Below, in pieces: positions 9,195-17,642 of a DNA stretch of 48,640 nucleotides. The notes beneath the pieces are model-generated. The model saw only the letters and a program-made list of their open reading frames with translations, was not told where the DNA came from and did not search any database. The translations under genes were made by a program, and so were the position numbers. This DNA comes from Comamonadaceae bacterium (GTDB lineage Bacteria; Pseudomonadota; Gammaproteobacteria; Burkholderiales; Burkholderiaceae_C): contig CANGKR010000001.1 of assembly GCA_947454355.1 (NCBI GenBank), forward strand, positions 1-48,640, written 5' to 3'. Numbering within the stretch: position 1 is the first letter of the stretch; the number at the start of each line of letters is the position of its first letter.

Positions 9195-10315
9195 AGGACT
9201 TCGCGCAACAAGGTCACCGTCATGGTCTGGTTGTGCAGGTCACAAGGTTCCCCGTTACGACGAGGCGCCAGTTCGCCGTAAGAGTAAAAGCCGCTGATGG
9301 CAGAGCTTTCGCCAATGACTTCGCGCACAGCTTCTACTTCTTCTTCGACCCTTTGCTTCATGACCAATTTGCGTCCGATGCAACTGACCAAAATAGCCAA
9401 CTCAGCCTGTGAGGCCATGTTGACGTTCGACTTTTCTGCGGCTTCCCTGGCACCTTCGACCAACTGGTCGGTGTTCGAGCGCATCAACTGCACAGTGGCG
9501 CCAACGGGAATATCGCCGGCAAACGTCATGCTTTGCACTTTTTCATCAATGGCGAGGACTGTCCGCACCACTTTACGATCCGAACCTTGAGGCGTGATCA
9601 GCATGGGAAACAACAGAGCGTTCACCGGCATACTGCCGTCTTGATCGCCAAGGTATTCTTTGTATTTGTCCAAAGCTACTTTATCGTCAAGTTCAAACAG
9701 CACCGAGCCCTCGGATTTGGTCACCACACGTTGGGGACCAAATGGCTGCCACCCACCCCAGGAGCCACAACCGGCTTGAATGGCATCGCCATACAAGCCC
9801 AGAGCCACGATCAAATCCTCGCCCTGCTCTGCGTTCGTCATCACCAATGTTGATTTGAAGTCAGGGCCATCACCGGCCAGTCCCCCCGAAATGGAAACAT
9901 CAGGTCCCACCTCTTGTTGCAGCGAGTGAGCCAATTCGGTGCCATTGACCAACAAGCCGTTCGACAACACGAAGACATGTTTCAAGTCCGGCGCGCGCAA
10001 TTGCGCACCCAAAGCGCGGCCCGCCTCACCACTCAATTGATTGCCGCTACACCGACTGGTGGCCACACGCAAATGGGTTTTTTCAAATCTAACCACGGAA
10101 ATACTCACTGTCTCCTCATTCACTTCTTCATCATGAATTTCCCCACTGGTGGAGCAAGCCATTACATGCGCCGAGCCTGTCTTGGCTTGAACGGCGCCCA
10201 TGGCATCGGCAAGCAAGTTGCGATGACCAAAACCGAGGACCCAATCGCCTTGCAAAGTCGCGGGCAAGGGAGGGGTCCACGTTTGATGGCGATACAAAAA
10301 TTGTTGTACTTGCAT
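9191..10315 (-). CDS. FIST N/C domain signal-sensing protein (NosP-like)
   Basis: CSTSGEI, SGGLAGDG, GGWQPFG.R.VT, SCIGR, GFYSYGE, LHNQTM. Confidence 0.92.
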   Translation of the reverse strand: MQVQQFLYRHQTWTPPLPATLQGDWVLGFGHRNLLADAMGAVQAKTGSAHVMACSTSGEIHDEEVNEETVSISVVRFEKTHLRVATSRCSGNQLSGEAGRALGAQLRAPDLKHVFVLSNGLLVNGTELAHSLQQEVGPDVSISGGLAGDGPDFKSTLVMTNAEQGEDLIVALGLYGDAIQAGCGSWGGWQPFGPQRVVTKSEGSVLFELDDKVALDKYKEYLGDQDGSMPVNALLFPMLITPQGSDRKVVRTVLAIDEKVQSMTFAGDIPVGATVQLMRSNTDQLVEGAREAAEKSNVNMASQAELAILVSCIGRKLVMKQRVEEEVEAVREVIGESSAISGFYSYGELAPRRNGEPCDLHNQTMTVTLLREVL

Positions 10316-10423
10316 GGGTTGGATTTCTTCAGGTAAAGCCTGTTTATATCAAATATTCAACATTCTCCATTTTTGTCGTTTGAATCGTAAAATATGATCT
10401 TCTGAAGTCAAAAATTAAAAATA
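10316..10423. promoter_or_regulatory. AT-rich divergent promoter region between the cyclase operon and the CNB/PDE operon
   Basis: 108-bp head-to-head gap, visibly AT-rich compared with the flanks. Confidence 0.55.
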
Positions 10424-10918
10424 ATGCCTACTTCCAAATCACTAGATTTCTCCATCGACGTCGGGCGCCTGAATCAGCTGGGTATTTTGGACCCCCGCTC
10501 CCCTGCTGCCATGGCGACCTTCAGCCAAAACCAGTTTTCCAGCCAAGAACGTCTTTTCTTCAGTCTGTGGGCCTCTCGACTGTTGAATGACGGCGTTTTC
10601 AAAATCGGGGAAATACTGACGCACAAAGGTGATAACGTGGTCAATGCGCACATCATCATTTCAGGCGAGCTGGATGCAGACAATGGCTCCAAGCGATTCA
10701 CACTCGGTCCAGGCAGTGTGTTGGGCTTAGCGGAAGGTCTGGCCCATCAACCCTACAGCATGACCGTGATGGCCAAAACCGTGGTCACCACCCGTATCCT
10801 CAGACTGGACAAAATTGACCGCGAAATTCCCAAAATGAACGCCGGCATCCGCGGCATCTGTCGAGGCGCTGTGATGCGCACCTTGGGCCTGAATGAAGTA
10901 CCGGAGGCTTTGAAATGA
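10424..10918 (+). CDS. Stand-alone cyclic-nucleotide-binding (CNB) domain protein, degenerate binding cassette
   Basis: F..GE....GD....IISGEL, LGPGSVLG, TVMAKT fold pattern; lacks the FGE...R residues. Confidence 0.75.
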   Translation: MPTSKSLDFSIDVGRLNQLGILDPRSPAAMATFSQNQFSSQERLFFSLWASRLLNDGVFKIGEILTHKGDNVVNAHIIISGELDADNGSKRFTLGPGSVLGLAEGLAHQPYSMTVMAKTVVTTRILRLDKIDREIPKMNAGIRGICRGAVMRTLGLNEVPEALK

Positions 10919-11265
10919 GTGGTTTCAATGAAGTGCATTTCAAATCCGGCGCCTGCCTATTCAAAGCGGGGGAGCCCGCAGACAAACTTTTCATCCTGAA
11001 AGAAGGCTTTGTCTCATTGCTGGATGCTGTCCATCACAAGCCATTTGCCAAGCTGCACCAAGGTGAGTCCTTTGGAGAACAAGCCGTCTTGGCCGGTGGT
11101 GTTCGCAGTGCCACCGCTGTCGCAGACGGTGATGTAGTGTGCCTTGAAATCACGGCCTTGGGCTTGCGCCAAATGCTGCAAAAAGAATCATCCATCTTGA
11201 CGCCGGTGTTTGAAGCTTTGCTGTTGCAACTCTACATGCACAACGCACTTCGCCAAGTCGCATGA
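10915..11265 (+). CDS. Stand-alone cyclic-nucleotide-binding (CNB) domain protein
   Basis: LFKAGEPAD.LFIL.EG, canonical GESFGE...RSATAVA cassette; ATGA overlap with the previous gene. Confidence 0.9.
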   Translation: MSGFNEVHFKSGACLFKAGEPADKLFILKEGFVSLLDAVHHKPFAKLHQGESFGEQAVLAGGVRSATAVADGDVVCLEITALGLRQMLQKESSILTPVFEALLLQLYMHNALRQVA

Positions 11266-12110
11266 CCCTGGACGAGCTGGAGCTCACCTTCTCTAATCTA
11301 CGCCATGCTTGGCGAGGGGACTGGTCAGGCCTACCCAAGGTCGTTCAAGCCTGTGTGAATCAACTGGGTTTGCGGGCTGGCCGCATGACTGCCCGATTCA
11401 AAGCGATAGACCTGTGCCTTCAGACGCTAAGCCATTTGATGGAACAGGAAGGCTCTCAACTGGCCACGACCCGCCAAGAGCCGCCCTATCACAATCGCTT
11501 GCATACAGCCGACACGCTGGTCGCCTTGACCACACTGTTACTGCGATCTCGAACATTGGATGCATCGCGCTCTTACCGTCAACCTGAATTGGAATGGCTG
11601 GGCCTGTTGGCCATGCTGGGGCATGACTTTCGCCACCCGGGTCAAATCAATCGCTTTCCGCAGCAAATCGAATCGGCCACCGTGTCGCATTTACGCCCTG
11701 TGATGACGCAATGCGGTGTCAGCGCTCCTGACCAGCAATATGTAGCCGAACTGATTTTGTTCACAGACCCTTTGCAAGCCCCTGCACTTCACCGTAAATG
11801 GCGCGCATCATCCTTTGATTTGCGACAACTCGAATGCATGGCCATATTGCTTGAAGAGGCCGATATTTTGGCCAGCTGCTTACCCGAATCGGGGCCTGCA
11901 TTGGGTGAGTCCTTGAAACAGGAATGGCAAAAGGCTGAATTTGCAGCGGCCCGCACCGTCGCAACGCCTGCGGGGCGCCAAGTTTTTTTACGGAGCGCAC
12001 TTTTCTCCAGTCCAGCAAGCTTGGACTTGGCAATTCCACAAAAGGTGGCGCAGCAGACCTTGAACTCGACAGCCAAGGTCAAAAATACAGTCTCCAATCA
12101 GATCAAGTGA
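11262..12110 (+). CDS. Class I-type (PDEase_I, HD superfamily) 3',5'-cyclic nucleotide phosphodiesterase
   Basis: PYHNRLH, HDFRHPGQINRF (fits the class I PDE signature HD[LIVMFY]xHx[AG]xx[NQ]x[LIVMFY]), TD and ADI motifs. Confidence 0.8.
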   Translation: MTLDELELTFSNLRHAWRGDWSGLPKVVQACVNQLGLRAGRMTARFKAIDLCLQTLSHLMEQEGSQLATTRQEPPYHNRLHTADTLVALTTLLLRSRTLDASRSYRQPELEWLGLLAMLGHDFRHPGQINRFPQQIESATVSHLRPVMTQCGVSAPDQQYVAELILFTDPLQAPALHRKWRASSFDLRQLECMAILLEEADILASCLPESGPALGESLKQEWQKAEFAAARTVATPAGRQVFLRSALFSSPASLDLAIPQKVAQQTLNSTAKVKNTVSNQIK

Positions 12111-13159
12111 AGGTCTGCAGCGCCAGCTTCCATGCTGCCTACGACTGCGGCCTGCTCGAATCCTTGCTGATTGAGAATGGCCATCACGGCCTCCACAGCT
12201 TGTGGCGCACATGAAATCAGCAAGCCCCCGCTGGTTTGCGGGTCGGTCAACAGATTGCGCTTCCAGTCAGCAAAGCCTGAGGGTAAATGCACTTCATGGC
12301 CATAACCGTCCCAATTACGCGGCGATGCACCCGTCGCGATGCCTGCTTGCACCAATTCTTTGGCCAACTGAATGCAAGGCACACGATCAAATTCCACACG
12401 GGCGCTCAGTCCGGAACCACGGCAAATTTCAAGCAAATGACCGGCCAAACCAAACCCCGTCACATCGGTGATGGCATGCACTTCCTGCAGAGCCGACAAA
12501 TCCATGCCGGGTGTGTTGAGCTGGGTGGTCCAGCGAATCATGTCTTCATAGCCTGCTGAACTCAAGATACCTTTTTTCAGGGCTGCAGACAAAATTCCAA
12601 CACCCAGGGGTTTGCTCAAGATCAGGGCATCTCCTGCTTGCGCAGAACTGTTGCGCTTGATATGAGCGGGATGCACCAGACCGATACCGACCAAACCATA
12701 AATGGGCTCCAGCGTATCAATGCTGTGGCCTCCGGCGATCGGAATACCTGCGGCTGCGCAGACAGATTGACCGCCCGCCAAAATCTGGCGTATGTCTTCT
12801 TCGGCGATTTTGCCCAATGGCATGCCCACGATCGCCAGGGCCATCAAGGGCTTACCCCCCATGGCGTATACATCGGACAGTGCGTTGGTGGCTGCGATGC
12901 GGCCAAAGTCAAATGGGTTGTCTACGATGGGGGTAAAAAAGTCGGTGGTGGCAATCAGCGCCTGCGTGTCATTGATCTGATAGACCGCCGCATCGTCACT
13001 GGTTTCAGTACCCACCAGCAACTCTTTGGGCATCATGGGAATCACGCTGTTTTGCAGCAAGCGCGACAAGACCGCTGGCGCGATTTTGCAGCCGCAACCA
13101 CCGCCGTGGCTGAACTCGGTCAAGCGCACTGGCGTCAAAGGGGGCAGAGAATCGGACAT
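12098..13159 (-). CDS. selD: Selenide, water dikinase (Cys form)
   Basis: HGGGCGCK, DDAAVY, TTDFFTP, NALSDVYAMG, GGHSI, TDVTGFGL, DPQTSGGLL. Confidence 0.97.
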   Translation of the reverse strand: MSDSLPPLTPVRLTEFSHGGGCGCKIAPAVLSRLLQNSVIPMMPKELLVGTETSDDAAVYQINDTQALIATTDFFTPIVDNPFDFGRIAATNALSDVYAMGGKPLMALAIVGMPLGKIAEEDIRQILAGGQSVCAAAGIPIAGGHSIDTLEPIYGLVGIGLVHPAHIKRNSSAQAGDALILSKPLGVGILSAALKKGILSSAGYEDMIRWTTQLNTPGMDLSALQEVHAITDVTGFGLAGHLLEICRGSGLSARVEFDRVPCIQLAKELVQAGIATGASPRNWDGYGHEVHLPSGFADWKRNLLTDPQTSGGLLISCAPQAVEAVMAILNQQGFEQAAVVGSMEAGAADLHLI

Positions 13160-13177
13160 ATACAATCAAAAGCAACA

Positions 13178-14239
13178 ATGAACGTCGATCATACCCTTGC
13201 CTCTCTGGACGAATTACGTCGATTCGACGCCATCATCGACGCCCGTTCGCCTTCCGAATTTGCGCATGATCACATCCCAGGTGCCATCAACTGTCCCGTA
13301 CTGGATGACGAGGAACGCGCCAGAGTCGGCAATTTGTATAAGCAGGTCTCGCCCTTTGAAGCGCGTAAGGTCGGGGCCGCTTTGGTGGCCATCAATGTCG
13401 CGCGGCATTTGCAAAATGTGTTTCAACAGCAACCCAAAGGCTGGACTCCTTTGGTCTACTGCTGGCGAGGTGGGCAACGCAGCGGTGCATTCACCCATAT
13501 TTTGCGGCAAGTGGGGTGGTCTGCACAGCGTTTGAACGGCGGCTACAAGGCCTGGCGCAGTTTTGTGCTGACAGAGCTCGAGCACATCCCCGCGTCGTTT
13601 CAGTTCCAAGTGATCTCTGGGCCGACAGGCTGCGCCAAAACCAAAATCTTGCACGCCTTGTCCCAATTGGGTGAACAAGTGCTGGACCTCGAAGGCCTGG
13701 CCGCGCATAAAGGCTCTGTCTTGGGCGAATTACCCCGCACTGTTCAGCCTTCGCAAAAAATGTTTGACACCATGTTGCTAGAGACTTTGTCGCGCATGGA
13801 CCCGAATCGACCTGTCTATGTCGAGGCCGAAAGCAAACGCATCGGCTCGATTCAATTGCCCGACAGCTTGTTCCAAGCCATGAACCGCAGTCCGTGGCTC
13901 AGCATCCAGGCCAGCCTGCAGGCCCGGGTCGATTTTTTGCTGACCGATTATGACTATTGGTTTGACAACCCCGATCTGGCTTTGCAGCTGGACCGACTCA
14001 TGCCCCTTTGCGGGAACGAACAAGTCACTCAATGGAAAACCCTGATCACTGAACGCCAATTCCCCGAATTGGTGGGTGAATTATTGACAAAGCACTACGA
14101 CCATTTTTATAAACGCTCCATGCGACACATACAGACGGACACGGACACTGGCCGCATTTTCAATACCGAGGATTTGTCGCCTTCCAGCATCGCCACTTTG
14201 GCAGAGCGCATTGCACAAAGAACCTCGTCAGGTGCATGA
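13178..14239 (+). CDS. mnmH: tRNA 2-selenouridine(34) synthase
   Basis: DARSPSEF.HDHIPGA, YCWRGGQRS, GPTGCAKT P-loop, DLEGLAAHKGS, QPSQK, EAES.RIG; ATG 13178. Confidence 0.96.
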   Translation: MNVDHTLASLDELRRFDAIIDARSPSEFAHDHIPGAINCPVLDDEERARVGNLYKQVSPFEARKVGAALVAINVARHLQNVFQQQPKGWTPLVYCWRGGQRSGAFTHILRQVGWSAQRLNGGYKAWRSFVLTELEHIPASFQFQVISGPTGCAKTKILHALSQLGEQVLDLEGLAAHKGSVLGELPRTVQPSQKMFDTMLLETLSRMDPNRPVYVEAESKRIGSIQLPDSLFQAMNRSPWLSIQASLQARVDFLLTDYDYWFDNPDLALQLDRLMPLCGNEQVTQWKTLITERQFPELVGELLTKHYDHFYKRSMRHIQTDTDTGRIFNTEDLSPSSIATLAERIAQRTSSGA

Positions 14240-14248
14240 GCAGGAGCC

Positions 14249-14572
14249 ATGAAGGAGAAGAACTTGAAACTGCAGCCGTACGTTCTTGTACACACAGGGC
14301 GCCGTTCAGCCGGTCTGCTCTGCTGTTGTGCCATGGCTCTGTTTTGGGCATTGTTCAGCGAACCCGTATGGGCCTACAGAACCGAAAAGGTCTGTACCGA
14401 GTCTGCTGCCACCGCGGCCGATCCCCCCATCAAGACCTGCAAGATTGTGCGCATGACACCGGAGCGTGAAGCCGAGTTCAAGGCCGAACTTCTGGAAAAG
14501 CAAAAAGCCCTCAAGGCCCAAAAGGGTGAAAAGGGTGAAAAGAAAGAAGAAAAGAAAAAATCAGGTCATTGA
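14249..14572 (+). CDS. Hypothetical exported protein with Lys/Glu-rich tail
   Basis: Hydrophobic signal-like segment ending VWA, two Cys in the mature part, GEKGEKKEEKKK tail; start uncertain. Confidence 0.5.
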   Translation: MKEKNLKLQPYVLVHTGRRSAGLLCCCAMALFWALFSEPVWAYRTEKVCTESAATAADPPIKTCKIVRMTPEREAEFKAELLEKQKALKAQKGEKGEKKEEKKKSGH

Positions 14573-14895
14573 GCCCTTTGGGCTCTTGTTGGGGGCGATC
14601 GAGTCGATGTAAGGTGGTTCTTAATGGCATTTCGGGTTATGTCACATGCCACCTTCACGAAAAAATGATGCCCTCAGTGGTGGGCGCTGGCCGCGGGGCA
14701 GTCACAACGGTCGGTTTGGCCTCGGCCATCCTTGGCACCTTGTACGTGCCTTGAGCGCCATTCATGGTGGCTGGCACATTGGGTGGTGGCAGTCTGGGTA
14801 ACGGCTGGATGTCCTACAAAGAAAACGCGGCCCAAGAAAAAATCTTGACCCAGTGCCTGACTCGCAAAGGCTATCGCGCCTACTCAGCCGAATGA
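14569..14895 (+). pseudogene. Glycine-zipper-like membrane protein interrupted by an in-frame TGA (14752-14754)
   Basis: Frame reads ...VVGAGRGAVTTVGLASAILGTLYVP*APFMVAGTLGGGSLGNG...ILTQCLTRKGY..* to TGA 14893-14895; the C-terminal C-L-x-x-K-G-Y is typical of glycine-zipper proteins. Confidence 0.5.
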
Positions 14896-14922
14896 AGTCT
14901 TACTGAGCCACGCACCAGTGGT

Positions 14923-15585
14923 TCAAAACTTACCGTATTTCAAATAAGCCTCCACAGGGTCCACCCCTGCCCGAATGGCTTGCCTCACGGCGTTTTCTGT
15001 CAGGGCCACCTGCTCGGTCTGTTCAATGACCTGACCCACCAAGGCTTGGGGGATCACCACCACACCATCTCTGTCGCCCAAGATATAGTCACCCATTTTC
15101 ACGGTCACCGGGCCGATGCTGACCGGTATTTCGTAATGGTCTGGCACCCAGCGAGCCACGATATCAGAGGGAGTAAAAAAGGTGTGGAAGACAGGGAAAC
15201 CCATCTCCAGAATGAAGTCCGTATCCCGGCAGCCGCCGTCGACCACATAACCCAACACGCCTTTATTTTTCAGGGTTTCGGCTGACAGCTCGCCCATAAG
15301 GGCCACGTCCTGGTTGTGGGGCTGGCACACGACCACATGGCCGCTGGGCGCCTTGGACAAGAGGGTCGTCCAGCCCAACAAACTTTCATGGCGACTGACG
15401 GTCCGATCGGTACGGCCCGAAACGGTCCAGACCGGGCCGGCCACTTTCAGGCTAGGGTCCAAAGGCCGCAGCGCGGAGGGCAACACACAGTTGTCATGCC
15501 CCATCCCGCGCAGCACATCGTGCACAGCGCCGCTGTAAAGCTGGGCCAATCGGTCTGTCCAAGTGTCGGGGGCGGGAGTATTCAT
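14923..15585 (-). CDS. RraA / HMG-aldolase family protein
   Basis: VHDVL, VAGPVWTV, MGEL, VVDGGCRD, GDYILGDRDGVVVIP. Confidence 0.88.
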   Translation of the reverse strand: MNTPAPDTWTDRLAQLYSGAVHDVLRGMGHDNCVLPSALRPLDPSLKVAGPVWTVSGRTDRTVSRHESLLGWTTLLSKAPSGHVVVCQPHNQDVALMGELSAETLKNKGVLGYVVDGGCRDTDFILEMGFPVFHTFFTPSDIVARWVPDHYEIPVSIGPVTVKMGDYILGDRDGVVVIPQALVGQVIEQTEQVALTENAVRQAIRAGVDPVEAYLKYGKF

Positions 15586-15604
15586 GGGCAGTCTCCTCTG
15601 TGGT

Positions 15605-16489
15605 TCAGGCGATGGCATCTGCGGGCAATACCGCCTCTTCGGTGGGGGCAGGACCCATGACCACGCTGCGCAAAATTTCACGCAGCAGTTTTTTCTCGTT
15701 CAAGCTCAAGGCTCGGGTCAAGCGCTGGCGCATGCGCAAGAGCAATTGGCGGTCCACTTCTTGCGGCACCCCGCGGCTCACTTGCAAGGCGTCACGCAAG
15801 TCTTCACGCAGGTCTTCCGGTTCTTCGACCCACCAGGCAGTGATCACTTCGGTGATGATGGGGCGCACTTCTTCAAGATTTTCTGCCGGGTCCTGCTGTG
15901 CCGTGGGTAATTTGCCTTGCAGCATTTCACTCAGTTGCTGCGCAGGAACGACCACACGGCGATCGGCTTGCGCCAATACACGGCCCCAACCTGGGTCGTT
16001 ACGCATCAGTTGCGGCATGTTGCGGGCGCTCTCGTCGGCCAGCACATGCACGCTTACACCACACAATTGGGCGGCATCGATGTCGCTGATGAAACGCTCG
16101 TCATCGGTAGCGATCAGCACATGGTCGCACGCCTGCTGACGAGCCAATTGGGTCAGGTCCTGACCGAGTGCCCGCAACATGGACGCGCCGCCATCCACGT
16201 CGTGGGATTGCACCCATCGCACGATCTGATCGTCTAACACTCCGCCATCAGCGCGGTCGGTGTACCAATAGACCCTGCGCAAGTCCACGTCCAGTCCGGT
16301 GTGGGCCATGGCTTGGGTGAGCAATCCCATCAGGCCTTGTCGATTGACCGATTCACCTGCCGCACCTTGCGCATTTTGCTGAGCCAGCCAAATCAAAAAG
16401 CGGGCATCCACCAGCGCGATGCAAGAGCCCTGACGGGATTCCGCTGTGCGACGGTCGTGTTTGAAGGAAGAAAAATATTCGCGTTTCAT
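15605..16489 (-). CDS. NYN/LabA-DUF88 (PIN-like) domain protein, degenerate active site
   Basis: ALVDARFL, LRRVYWY, VLIATDDERF, GVSVHV, ADRR pattern. Confidence 0.65.
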   Translation of the reverse strand: MKREYFSSFKHDRRTAESRQGSCIALVDARFLIWLAQQNAQGAAGESVNRQGLMGLLTQAMAHTGLDVDLRRVYWYTDRADGGVLDDQIVRWVQSHDVDGGASMLRALGQDLTQLARQQACDHVLIATDDERFISDIDAAQLCGVSVHVLADESARNMPQLMRNDPGWGRVLAQADRRVVVPAQQLSEMLQGKLPTAQQDPAENLEEVRPIITEVITAWWVEEPEDLREDLRDALQVSRGVPQEVDRQLLLRMRQRLTRALSLNEKKLLREILRSVVMGPAPTEEAVLPADAIA

Positions 16490-16607
16490 CGTAGCCTTAA
16501 GTTTCATAAAGGGCGCATGGCACCAAGTAAGCACGTTGATTTTACGCCCAGGCCCAGCGCCTGCAGACCAGCCAGTAAACTTGACGGTTTGAACTTGATA
16601 CTGCCCC

Positions 16608-17606
16608 ATGTCCCACTATCACCTTTATGCCATCGGCAACGCCCTGGTTGACTCGGAATACGAAGTCTCGGATGCCCAACTCCAAGCCATGGGCGTAGAC
16701 AAAAGGCACATGACCTTGATCGACACCCCGCGTCGCGCCGAATTGTTGAAACAACTCGAGAGTAGCCAACCCCGGCGCACAGGCGGCGGCTCGGCGGGTA
16801 ACACAGTGGTAGCGCTGGCCCAGCTGGGCGGTCAGGCCTTTTACTCCTGCCAAGTGGCAGACGATGAACTCGGGGACTTTTACGCGCAGGACCTGCAAAC
16901 CTGGGGTGTACACACCAACCTCACCCACACCCGGGCACAAGCCGGTCAAACCGGCAGTTGCATGGTGCTGGTCACGCCTGATGCCGAACGTTCGATGTGC
17001 ACTTTCCTGGGAGTTTCGGCGGAACTCGACAGCAGCGCCTTGCAACCGTCTGCGATTGAAAAATCCCGCATCTATTACATGGAGGGCTACCTGGCGGCTT
17101 CCCCTACCGGCTTGCAAGCGGCCTTGAAGGGTCGCGAATTGGCGGTGGCCGCGAAAGTGCCTTTGGCGTTGACGCTGAGCGATGTGAGCATGATCCAGTT
17201 TTGTCGCGCAGGCCTGGATGCCATGCTGGGCAGGAATGTGGATTATTTGTTCTGCAACTTAGAGGAAGCCCAGGTTTGGTGCGGCACGACAGAGCTGCCG
17301 GCCATCCGCCTGAAGTTGCAAGCGCTGGCAACGACCGTTTGCATGACCATGGGCCCCGAGGGCTGCGAGATTTTGCAAGCTGGCCAAACTTGGCATGTGC
17401 CCGCCACGCCAGTCAAGGCTGTGGACACCAATGGTGCGGGCGACATGTTCGCCGGGTGCTTCTTGTACGCGATCACCCATGGACATTCCGTCCAAGCGGC
17501 TGCGGCCTTGGCCAACCGCGCCGCTGCTGCGGTGGTCAGCCAGCACGGCAACCGATTGAGCAGTGAACAATTGCAAGCCTTGCGGGCTCAGGCCCTTGCC
17601 GCTTAA
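16608..17606 (+). CDS. Adenosine kinase-like PfkB carbohydrate kinase
   Basis: IGNALVD, GGSAGNT, VTPDAERSM, YMEGY, VDTNGAGD. Confidence 0.92.
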   Translation: MSHYHLYAIGNALVDSEYEVSDAQLQAMGVDKRHMTLIDTPRRAELLKQLESSQPRRTGGGSAGNTVVALAQLGGQAFYSCQVADDELGDFYAQDLQTWGVHTNLTHTRAQAGQTGSCMVLVTPDAERSMCTFLGVSAELDSSALQPSAIEKSRIYYMEGYLAASPTGLQAALKGRELAVAAKVPLALTLSDVSMIQFCRAGLDAMLGRNVDYLFCNLEEAQVWCGTTELPAIRLKLQALATTVCMTMGPEGCEILQAGQTWHVPATPVKAVDTNGAGDMFAGCFLYAITHGHSVQAAAALANRAAAAVVSQHGNRLSSEQLQALRAQALAA

Positions 17607-17642
17607 GGCACCTTGCGAAGGCTGGGCAGGTGCTTCAAGCCA

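Noticed and set aside
6141-12110. Pycsar/CBASS-type anti-phage system
   Set aside because: The cyclase has ATP-type specificity residues and a regulatory stalk, the CNB proteins lack TM or TIR effector domains, and a PDE plus partner-switch fit signalling better. Not formally excluded without a phage assay.
12638-13177. 180-codon N-terminal extension of the mnmH ORF
   Set aside because: It is antisense to selD; MnmH similarity begins at ATG 13178.
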